Shown: one piece after another, positions 9,034 to 17,493 of the stretch
Numbering within the stretch: the stretch's first letter is position 1
Layout: each line of letters begins with the position of its first letter
NCBI GenBank assembly: GCA_051531975.1
Contig: JAOPTT010000019.1
Span: 1-38,873 of the forward strand
Direction of reading: 5' to 3'
Length of the DNA stretch: 38,873 bases
Source of the DNA: Spirochaetaceae bacterium
Lineage (GTDB): Bacteria; Spirochaetota; Spirochaetia; DSM-2461
The notes under the pieces: model-generated
Told to the model about the DNA's origin: nothing
The model's input: the letters and a program-made list of their open reading frames with translations, nothing else
Database searches by the model: none
Position numbers and translations under genes: made by a program

Positions 9034-10296
9034 ATGATAGATATAGAAAACAAGTTAATGTATAAAACACTATTTAAATTACTCGACCATGATACTCGAA
9101 ATACGTTTGTTAAATTAAATGCATTAGTTAGTGATCTTAATCAATCTCCAGTCAAAGATATGATCTCTGATTCAATACAGGAACTCTCGGAATTAATAGT
9201 CGCCTCCTCTGGATTTATCGATGGTAAAAAAAGAGTTATGTCAGTTTATGATATTGTATCTGAACTATCTTTAACTTCCGATAAAATTACATTAACTAAC
9301 CATAATAGAATCAATTTTACCCACGATCCTAAAATTTATCTATTTGTAGAGGTTTCTGAACTTTTCAATCATGCAATTATAAATTTAATTGAAAATGCCC
9401 TAAAATACTCAGATGAGTCTACTAAAGTAGATGTTTCTATAATAAGAGAAGTAAATAATATAATTATTAGTATAAAAGACAGAGGCATTGGTATCTTAGA
9501 GGAAGATAGGGAACATATATTTGAGCAGGGGTTTAGAGCACAAAGTGCAGCTGGATATGAAGGGACAGGTATAGGTCTTTGGATTACAAAGAATATTGTT
9601 CTTAAGGACTATGGAACTCTGGAAGTTTTGGATAGAGAAGGTAGTGGTTCTGAATTCATAATTACTGTTCCTATATTTTTTACAGACAGTCTAGAAGAGT
9701 CCATGGAAGTTGTTATTAATAATTATATTGATAACCCAAAAGAGTTAAAAGATTGTATGAGTAGTATTAAAACACTAATAGATCTACATAATCCTCCAGA
9801 TGAATATCACTACGACTCCCTAGTATTTGCTAACTTATTAAACTATGTAAGAAAAGAGAAACGGAATAAAACAGATTCCCACTTTAAAGATAGGTTAGAA
9901 GAGATAAAATCTAGAAACCCCGATGGAAAAACTGTACTTATAGTTGATGACTCTACATATGTACACTACTATTTAGGATCATTTTTCTCAGATTTAGGTT
10001 TTAGAGTATTAGATTATGCTTATAATGGGAAAGAGGGATTTAACTTATACGAGACTTTTAAACCAGACCTTGTATCACTTGATATTACAATGCCAGTTAT
10101 GTCAGGTTTAGAAGCAAGTGAGAAGATTTTAGAATTTGATCCAAAAGCAAATTTACTGTTTTTATCTGGGTTAGGTAGTCATAAAGGTCTGATTAAAGTA
10201 ATTAAAGAGAGATTAAATGATAATAAATTTGGTATGTTAGCGAAACCTTTTAACATCGATGAGTTAAAAGATTCACTAACTATTTTTAATTTCTAA
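9034..10296 (+). CDS. Soluble hybrid histidine kinase / receiver protein with no sensor domain
   Basis: H-box-like LDHDTRN at about residue 20, N box NLIENALKYS, G1 DRGIGI, G2 GTGIGL. C-terminal REC (VDDS, DITMP, KPF). Confidence 0.85.
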   Translation: MIDIENKLMYKTLFKLLDHDTRNTFVKLNALVSDLNQSPVKDMISDSIQELSELIVASSGFIDGKKRVMSVYDIVSELSLTSDKITLTNHNRINFTHDPKIYLFVEVSELFNHAIINLIENALKYSDESTKVDVSIIREVNNIIISIKDRGIGILEEDREHIFEQGFRAQSAAGYEGTGIGLWITKNIVLKDYGTLEVLDREGSGSEFIITVPIFFTDSLEESMEVVINNYIDNPKELKDCMSSIKTLIDLHNPPDEYHYDSLVFANLLNYVRKEKRNKTDSHFKDRLEEIKSRNPDGKTVLIVDDSTYVHYYLGSFFSDLGFRVLDYAYNGKEGFNLYETFKPDLVSLDITMPVMSGLEASEKILEFDPKANLLFLSGLGSHKGLIKVIKERLNDNKFGMLAKPFNIDELKDSLTIFNF

Positions 10297-11167
10297 TATC
10301 ATAATCAGCAGGTGTATAATAAACTTTAGAGTTCTCTTTTACTGATTTTGTTATCCAGATATTACCACCAATTGTAGAATCTTTACCTACAACAGTATCA
10401 CCACCTAAAATTGTAGCCCCTGCGTAAATTGTAACTCCATCTTCAATAGTTGGGTGTCTTTTTAAATGTGCTTCCTCTTTTTTAACACTAAGTGCACCTA
10501 AAGTAACACCCTGGTATATCTTAACATTTGAGCCTATAATTGTTGTTTCACCAATAACTACACCAGTTCCATGATCTATAAAAAAACTATTACCAATGGT
10601 TGCCCCAGGGTGAATATCTATTCCAGTTAAAGAGTGGGCATGTTCTCCCATCATTCTTGGAATAAGTGGTATCTTTAACTTGTAGAATTCGTGGGCAATT
10701 CTATGGACCATTACAGCTTTTAGGCCTGGGTATGATAAAATTACTTCTTCCATTGTAGATGCAGCAGGGTCACCTCTTAAGGCAGCGTCAACATCTAGAA
10801 GTAACATTGATCTAATTTGTGTAAGTTTTGATATAAATTTATTTGTATAATCTTTTGCATATTCTTCACAATTTATACAATTACAATTATCTTCTCTTTT
10901 TAATTTAAAACATGTAGCTTTTTTTATCTCTTGATACAAATCCTGAAAAAGTAGATTAATTTTTTCACTAGTCCTGTTACTTAATATACCCTCTTCTAAG
11001 TTTTCATTTGACTGGAAACCTGGAAACATAAGGGACTCTGTTGTCTCTATTATTTTAGTAATACTCTCTCTAGAAGGTAGAGAGGGCCCTCCAATATGGT
11101 TTACTCCACCAGAGAGGTTATATGATCCTAAAATTTCTTTTTTTATCTTATCTAATAGTTCATCCAT
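10286..11167 (-). CDS. cysE: Serine O-acetyltransferase (CysE/EpsC type)
   Basis: GDPAA, YPG, HRIAH, TGIDIHPGATIG, FFIDHGTGVVIGET, KRHPT. Confidence 0.93.
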   Translation of the reverse strand: MDELLDKIKKEILGSYNLSGGVNHIGGPSLPSRESITKIIETTESLMFPGFQSNENLEEGILSNRTSEKINLLFQDLYQEIKKATCFKLKREDNCNCINCEEYAKDYTNKFISKLTQIRSMLLLDVDAALRGDPAASTMEEVILSYPGLKAVMVHRIAHEFYKLKIPLIPRMMGEHAHSLTGIDIHPGATIGNSFFIDHGTGVVIGETTIIGSNVKIYQGVTLGALSVKKEEAHLKRHPTIEDGVTIYAGATILGGDTVVGKDSTIGGNIWITKSVKENSKVYYTPADYDIRN

Positions 11168-11173
11168 AAAAAT

Positions 11174-11219
11174 AATGTAGATATACTATGTTTAAAAGTC
11201 AAGCTTTTACTGTTAATAT
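11174..11219. promoter_or_regulatory. Overlapping divergent promoters for cysE and the KamA-family gene
   Basis: Minus: TTGACT-N17-TACATT-N6-ATG(11167). Plus: TGn-TAATAT (11211-11219)-N5-ATG(11225). Neither gene has an SD. Confidence 0.6.
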
Positions 11220-11224
11220 AAAGT

Positions 11225-12163
11225 ATGAACAATTTTAAAGTGACCCCTTATTATGAATCTATAGCAGTTGGTAATCCACCACTGCTTAAACAGTACCAGC
11301 CAGATTCTAGGGAAAAAAATATACTGCCATATGAGGTCTCTGACCCTTTGGATGAAAAAAAGCATATGATAACACCAAGGTTGATCCATAGGTATGCTGA
11401 TAGGGTCTTAGTACTAGTTACAGATAACTGTCTACTGTATTGTAGACACTGTTTTAGAAGGGATTTTATTGGCAAAGGGCAAAATATAATTACAGATAGT
11501 GAACTTGATGATGTTTGTAAATATATAGACTCAAACAATGATGTACATGAAGTTCTTTTAAGTGGTGGAGATCCTCTGACTATTCCTATATCCAGGCTTT
11601 CAGAAATATTAAATAGAATAGTTAATATAAGGCCTAATCTGGTTATCAGAATTGGAACTAGAGTACCAATTGTATCCCCTGGTAGCATAACTCCAGAACT
11701 TTTAGAACTATTTAGAAACACCAGTTCAATCTGGTTAGCCCTTCAGTGTAATCATCCCTTAGAGTTAACATCTGAAGTGCAGGTGGCTGTGGATTCTTTA
11801 AGGTTTGCAGGAGTTACTCTGGTTAATCAGGCTGTTCTATTAAAAGGAATTAATGATGACTCTTTGATATTAAAGGATCTATGTCATAAATTATTAGAGT
11901 TTGGTATAAAACCCTATTATATATTCCAGGGTGATCTTGCTAGAGGTACATCCCACCTAAGGGTTCCTTTAAAAGAAGGTCTTAAAATAATGGGGGAGTT
12001 AAGGGATTTAGTTTCAGGATTGGCACTTCCAATTTATGCAGTAGACATTCCTGGTGGTGGTGGGAAAATTCACTTAACAAAGGATTTTATTGTAGATGAA
12101 GATGAAGATAATTACATTTTAAAAAACAGTGATGGGTTTATAGGTAAGTACCCTAAGGAGTAA
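11225..12163 (+). CDS. KamA-family radical SAM/PLP enzyme (lysine 2,3-aminomutase-like)
   Basis: HRYADRV, CLLYCRHCFRR, LSGGDPL, RIGTR, NHPLE, NQAVLLKGIND, PYY, DIPGGGGK (PLP lysine). Confidence 0.9.
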   Translation: MNNFKVTPYYESIAVGNPPLLKQYQPDSREKNILPYEVSDPLDEKKHMITPRLIHRYADRVLVLVTDNCLLYCRHCFRRDFIGKGQNIITDSELDDVCKYIDSNNDVHEVLLSGGDPLTIPISRLSEILNRIVNIRPNLVIRIGTRVPIVSPGSITPELLELFRNTSSIWLALQCNHPLELTSEVQVAVDSLRFAGVTLVNQAVLLKGINDDSLILKDLCHKLLEFGIKPYYIFQGDLARGTSHLRVPLKEGLKIMGELRDLVSGLALPIYAVDIPGGGGKIHLTKDFIVDEDEDNYILKNSDGFIGKYPKE

Positions 12164-12165
12164 AT

Positions 12166-12720
12166 ATGATTAAAAAATGGAAGACATTAAATAAAAAATT
12201 GCGTGGAGATTATAGAATATTTAAAACTTTTGCTGTAGATAGGCAGAGTTCTAATGGTGAAAAAAAAGCAGAGTTTTATCTTGTAGAATCCCCAGATTGG
12301 ATGACAATAGTTCCAGTTCTTAAAAATGAGGAGGGTATAGAGTGTTTTTTAATGGTTAAACAGTATCGCCATGGCTCAGATTCTATTACATTAGAGTTTC
12401 CCGCGGGAATGGTTGACCCAGGTGAGGACTCATATAATACAGCAGCTAGAGAGTTATCTGAAGAGACTGGATATAAAGCAGAAAGTATAACTTTAGTCTC
12501 AGAAATTAATCCAAACCCGGCATTTATGACTAATAAAACATCAACTTTTGTTGCTAGAGGATTAACAAAATCTGGAGAACAGAATTTAGATGAACACGAA
12601 GAGATAGAGACCCTTTTGGTTCCAACCAGAGACTTTGAAAGTATGGTTGGAGGTGATATGGTAAACTCTGCAATTATGGTGCAGGCCTACTATTTTTACC
12701 AAAAGTCCCTAAAATCTTAG
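12166..12720 (+). CDS. NUDIX hydrolase, ADP-ribose pyrophosphatase-like
   Basis: KQYRH, EFPAGMVDPGE...AARELSEETG Nudix box. Confidence 0.92.
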   Translation: MIKKWKTLNKKLRGDYRIFKTFAVDRQSSNGEKKAEFYLVESPDWMTIVPVLKNEEGIECFLMVKQYRHGSDSITLEFPAGMVDPGEDSYNTAARELSEETGYKAESITLVSEINPNPAFMTNKTSTFVARGLTKSGEQNLDEHEEIETLLVPTRDFESMVGGDMVNSAIMVQAYYFYQKSLKS

Positions 12721-12721
12721 A

Positions 12722-15700
12722 TTATTCTCGCCAAACATTTTTAACTTTAGGATAACTTCTTAAGTCTATTAAAGTTATATCTCCACCATTAATTGTTAAC
12801 TGGCTAGATACTCTAATTACAACCTCTTTTTTATTCCCTGGTCTTTTAAAATGGAAAATAACCTGAGAGTTTCCTTTATTATCCATTAAAAATGTTCTTA
12901 AGTTTTCTAGTTCGTCTTCTGTTTGATCTTCCGGGTGAAATTCTATATGGACTTCAGGAGCAATTAACTCTTTTAATCCTCCTGGATCTTTTATTTCATC
13001 AACTTTAAATGAAGGTTTATCTCTAGATGTATCCACGTTTCCTGTAACTCCTACAACTGCGTCTGGTACTAATAGATGGCCATATTGTTCAAACTTCTTG
13101 GCAAATAGTACAAGTTCAATTGAGCCGTTGTAGTCTTCAATCTCTGCAAAGGCCATTCTTTTACCAGTTTTTGTTGTGATAGATTTAGGATTTTTAACCA
13201 TTCCTAAAATAGAATATGTTTTATCAGATGATGCAGTTTTTGGATTAGAAAGATCTAGATTAACAGTTCGTTTCCACTGATCCTTATATTTATCCATTGG
13301 GTGCCCAGAGAAGAAGAAACCTATATTTTCTTTTTCCATTTTAAGTAGTTCTAGTTCCGGGTACTCTTCTACCTGATCCCATACAATATCTGGGAATATT
13401 TCTTCTTCTATATCCCCAAAAAGTGAACCTTGACCAAATTGAGAGCTTTCTAGTTTTTTTTGTACACTTGCTATTATCTTTTCAGAGTTATTCATAATTG
13501 TAGCTCTGTTATGTTTCTCTATATTAGAAAAAAGTCCAGATGTTATTAGTACTTCTAATACTCTAGTATTTACTGCTCTAAGTTCAACTTTTTCTACAAA
13601 ATCTTCAAAGCTTTCAAATCGACCTTTTGTCTCTCTTGCAGTAATTATTGCATCAACAGCAGCTGAACCTATACCTTTCATCCCTGTTAAACCGTATACA
13701 ATTTTACCATCTACAACTGTAAAATATTTCTCTGAATCATTTATATCTGGAGGAGCTAACTCTATGCCCATATCCTTACTTTCAGCAAGGTAATCAGAGA
13801 ATGAACCTGGATTAGAAATTTCATTTGTTAGGTTTGCTGCCATAAACTCAGCAGGGTGGTTTGCTTTACAATAAGCAGTTTTATAGGCAACAACAGAGTA
13901 CGCTGCAGCATGGGATTTATTAAAACCATACCCTGCAAATGGTACTAACATATCAAATATACCAGCAGCGTGATCTTCTTTGTGACCTAACTCCTTTGCA
14001 CCTTCAATAAACTCTATTTTCATACGGTCCATTTCGGCAACTTTCTTTTTACCCATGGCTCGTCTTAAAATATCCGCTTTACCAAGACTAAACCCACCAA
14101 TTATCTGTGCAACCTTCATAACTTGCTCTTGATATACAATTACACCATAGGTTGGTTTTAAGGTCTCTTCTAGTAGTGGATCAGGGTATTTAATCTGCAT
14201 TTTTCCCATTTTAGAGTCAATAAACTGGGGTATATATTGCATTGGTCCAGGTCTATACAGTGCATTTAAGGCAATTAAATCCTCTATATTATCCGGTTTC
14301 GCTCTTCTTAAAATGTCCTGCATACCAGAACTTTCGAATTGGAATATTGCACTACTTTTACCGGCTTGTAACATTTTGTATGTTTTTTCGTCATCTATTG
14401 GAACGTCATCTACTTTGAAGTTAGGAGTGTGTTTTTTAACTAGTTTTTCCGTATTTGTTAACAAAGTAAGGGTTTTAAGCCCTAAAAAGTCCATTTTTAC
14501 TAGTCCACATGGTTCAATAATGTCCATTGTGAACTCACTAGATACTGCACCAGATTTTTGATCTTTATATAGGGGAACATAGTCGGTTAATTTTGTTTTA
14601 CCAATAACCATACCACATGCATGTGTTGATACATGTCTATTCATACCCTCTAATATTGTTGCAGTATCAAAAAGTTCCTCATATATTCCACCACGTTTAT
14701 AGTAGTCCTGGAGTTCAGGAGTAATTTCTAATGCAACAGGTACATTTATTTTTCTTCCATCGGGAGCTTTACCTTCAGGAAGTAGTTTAGATATGGCATT
14801 AGACTCAGCAAATGGTATATCTAATACCCTTGCTACATCTTTTAATACTGCTTTAGTTTTTAGAGTTCCAAATGTACATATACCACCAACTTGTTCTCTA
14901 CCATATTTCTCGGTTACATAGTTAATAACTTCCTGTCTTCTTTCAAAGCAGAAGTCAACATCGAAGTCGGGCATTGAGACTCTATCAGGATTTAAAAATC
15001 GCTCAAAAAGTAGTTCATATTTTAATGGGTCTATATCGGTAATTCCAATCGCATAAGCGATAATAGAACCAGCACCTGAACCACGACCAGGTCCAACAGA
15101 TATATCTTGTTTTTTCGCCCAATCAATAAAGTCCCAAACAATTAAAAAGTAACCCTCAAAGCCCATACCTAATAGAATACCAAGCTCATAATCTGTTCTA
15201 TCTTTAATCTCTGGTGTTATCTCTCCGTATCTATCTTTTACACCTTCCCAGGTTATATGAGTAAGATAGTCAGCTTGATTTTCAAACTCAGGTGGAATAT
15301 CGTAGTCAGGTAAAATAGGACCAGGTTGTGGAATAGAAACATCACACATCTTTGCTATTTTTACTGTATTGTCTAGGGCTTCAGGAGTATCTTTAAAAAT
15401 CTCTTCCATCTCGTCTGGAGATTTAAAATAGAGGTGAGACCCAGTCATTTTCATACGTTTGGTTTCACTCTTTTTTTTATTTGTACCAATACATATTAAT
15501 ATATCTTGGGCATTAGCATGCTCTTTTTTCTGATAATGAATATCATTGGTTGCAACTAAAGGAATTCCAGTTTCTGCAGAGATTTTTTTCATACCTTCTA
15601 TGACTATCTGCTCTTCTGGTAAATCATGATTCATTATCTCTAAATAATAACTATCTTCTTCAAATAAATTTTTATAATATAGTGCTCTCTCTACTGCTTT

Positions 15701-16156
15701 ATCATGTTGATTATTTAATATATGTTGTGATATTTCTCCTGCTAAACATGCTGATGTACATATTAATCCTTCAGAATATTGTTCTAAAAGTTCATCATCA
15801 ATTCTTGGTTTATAATAAAAACCATCTAAATAAGCTTGGGATACAATAGTTGTAAGATTTTGATAACCTATCGCATTTTTACATAATAGTATCATGTGAT
15901 AGTATTTCTTTTTATTAGAGTCCTTCTCTTTTCTACTACCAGGAGCTATATACACTTCACAACCAATAATTGGATTTATTCCTGCTGCTCTACAAGCCTG
16001 CTCAAATCGTAGAGAACCAAAAAGGTTTCCATGGTCAGTTAATGCGAGGTGTTTCATATCAAATTCTTTTGCTTTCTCAACCAAACCTTTTATTGATACT
16101 GCTCCATCTAAAAGTGAAAAGTCTGAATGGTTATGTAGGTGTACGAATTCCCTCAT
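12722..16156 (-). CDS. dnaE: DNA polymerase III alpha subunit
   Basis: PHP domain (HLHNHS, TDHG, NDIHY), GPGRGS, SMPDFDVD, KMDFLGL, YGFNKSH, C-terminal OB fold. Confidence 0.98.
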   Translation of the reverse strand: MREFVHLHNHSDFSLLDGAVSIKGLVEKAKEFDMKHLALTDHGNLFGSLRFEQACRAAGINPIIGCEVYIAPGSRKEKDSNKKKYYHMILLCKNAIGYQNLTTIVSQAYLDGFYYKPRIDDELLEQYSEGLICTSACLAGEISQHILNNQHDKAVERALYYKNLFEEDSYYLEIMNHDLPEEQIVIEGMKKISAETGIPLVATNDIHYQKKEHANAQDILICIGTNKKKSETKRMKMTGSHLYFKSPDEMEEIFKDTPEALDNTVKIAKMCDVSIPQPGPILPDYDIPPEFENQADYLTHITWEGVKDRYGEITPEIKDRTDYELGILLGMGFEGYFLIVWDFIDWAKKQDISVGPGRGSGAGSIIAYAIGITDIDPLKYELLFERFLNPDRVSMPDFDVDFCFERRQEVINYVTEKYGREQVGGICTFGTLKTKAVLKDVARVLDIPFAESNAISKLLPEGKAPDGRKINVPVALEITPELQDYYKRGGIYEELFDTATILEGMNRHVSTHACGMVIGKTKLTDYVPLYKDQKSGAVSSEFTMDIIEPCGLVKMDFLGLKTLTLLTNTEKLVKKHTPNFKVDDVPIDDEKTYKMLQAGKSSAIFQFESSGMQDILRRAKPDNIEDLIALNALYRPGPMQYIPQFIDSKMGKMQIKYPDPLLEETLKPTYGVIVYQEQVMKVAQIIGGFSLGKADILRRAMGKKKVAEMDRMKIEFIEGAKELGHKEDHAAGIFDMLVPFAGYGFNKSHAAAYSVVAYKTAYCKANHPAEFMAANLTNEISNPGSFSDYLAESKDMGIELAPPDINDSEKYFTVVDGKIVYGLTGMKGIGSAAVDAIITARETKGRFESFEDFVEKVELRAVNTRVLEVLITSGLFSNIEKHNRATIMNNSEKIIASVQKKLESSQFGQGSLFGDIEEEIFPDIVWDQVEEYPELELLKMEKENIGFFFSGHPMDKYKDQWKRTVNLDLSNPKTASSDKTYSILGMVKNPKSITTKTGKRMAFAEIEDYNGSIELVLFAKKFEQYGHLLVPDAVVGVTGNVDTSRDKPSFKVDEIKDPGGLKELIAPEVHIEFHPEDQTEDELENLRTFLMDNKGNSQVIFHFKRPGNKKEVVIRVSSQLTINGGDITLIDLRSYPKVKNVWRE

Positions 16157-16177
16157 TATCTCTCCTGTATGTGTATA

Positions 16178-17023
16178 CTAATTAAAACTCTCTAAAAAGT
16201 GGAGTATTATTTGGCTCATGCTATATATCTGATGTTCTTCTAAATCTGAATTTTTTGCTAATATGCTTCTTATTGTAGTGCAAAGAGTATCTCTTAATCT
16301 AAAACTTAGAGGAACTCGTTTTCCAATTAGTTCTGCTTCAATCTCTTTTGGTCTAACTATTAATCTGTTATTAATGTTAAATGCCATCGATAGGGAGGAT
16401 ATACTATCTTTTTCAATTTCTGCAATGGCTGAAAATGAAATTTCTGAAAATATATTATATTGGAATCCTGTTTTGTAATATTGAAAGTTACTTGGTGATA
16501 ATAGGGGGACTCTTACCCTAGTAATTAAATGTAAACCTCTATCCTTTTTTGTTTGTATATATTGAGCCAAAGATTCCCATTTTGGTTTTTTCTTCTTAGT
16601 ATTAAAAGATATAACCTCTACTTTGCAATCAAAAATAAGTAATAGGGGTATTATGTCAGCGATAATTTTACTATTTGCGACAGTACCACCAATTGTTGCA
16701 ACGTTTCTAATTGGGTATGGACCAACAGATTGTAGAGCTTCTAATAATATTTTAGGTATATTCCTTTTTGAACTATTAATAATCTGCTCGATAGTTAACA
16801 TACTACCAAAATCAAAGTACCTCTCAGTTCTATTCTCTTTTTTTAGATCAGGTATATTCTCTAATATCGTAATTGCACCTGGATGTATTAAATTATCCCC
16901 ATTTATTGTTCTAAATAGAGATGTCCCTCCAGCTAGTAGTGTTATTACATCCTCTTTATCAATTATATTCTCTAACTCAGTAACTGTTTCTGGGCTAAAA
17001 AAACGTGTACCAAGCTTTTTCAA
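16178..17023 (-). CDS. FAD-binding subunit, xanthine/CO dehydrogenase M-type
   Basis: LAGGTSL, IRNVATIGG, ADIIP. Confidence 0.8.
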   Translation of the reverse strand: MKKLGTRFFSPETVTELENIIDKEDVITLLAGGTSLFRTINGDNLIHPGAITILENIPDLKKENRTERYFDFGSMLTIEQIINSSKRNIPKILLEALQSVGPYPIRNVATIGGTVANSKIIADIIPLLLIFDCKVEVISFNTKKKKPKWESLAQYIQTKKDRGLHLITRVRVPLLSPSNFQYYKTGFQYNIFSEISFSAIAEIEKDSISSLSMAFNINNRLIVRPKEIEAELIGKRVPLSFRLRDTLCTTIRSILAKNSDLEEHQIYSMSQIILHFLESFN

Positions 17024-17493
17024 GAGTTTCCTCCCTGATAAAAGTTTGCTGCTAAATATAGACCCTCTTTTAAAGATTTTATATCAGTACAGTCACAACT
17101 AATACTCTGAATAATATTGTCTAACATATCCGCTGTAAGTTCTCTATTTTCTTCCAGTTGATGATATGTTAAAAGAATTCTTGCTGGTGCACAATTTGGA
17201 CATAAATCAACATTAGCTAGTTCAAAACCTTTAATAATATTATTGTATTCTGTCTTTTGGGTTATAGATTCCAATGTAACTATTTTTTTATTTTGAGCTT
17301 TTGATGCTGGATATAAACATGAGTATACTGGGATATTATCTAATAAAACTAAACAAGCTCCACATCTACCATTTCCACATTTATGTTTTACACTTTTTCG
17401 ACCTAAATTTTCCCTTAATAAAACAGATAACCGTAGATTTGAAGGAGAATCAACATTTAACTCTTTACCATTTACATTTAGTTTATATTTCAT
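17020..17493 (-). CDS. (2Fe-2S)-binding subunit, xanthine/CO dehydrogenase S-type
   Basis: KCGNGRCGAC...SC, then CPNC...CDC (eight Cys ligands), and IVTLE. Confidence 0.85.
   Translation of the reverse strand: MKYKLNVNGKELNVDSPSNLRLSVLLRENLGRKSVKHKCGNGRCGACLVLLDNIPVYSCLYPASKAQNKKIVTLESITQKTEYNNIIKGFELANVDLCPNCAPARILLTYHQLEENRELTADMLDNIIQSISCDCTDIKSLKEGLYLAANFYQGGNS

Noticed and set aside
5026..16156. Inteins or frameshifts in polA or dnaE
   Set aside because: Both have normal length and contiguous motifs.
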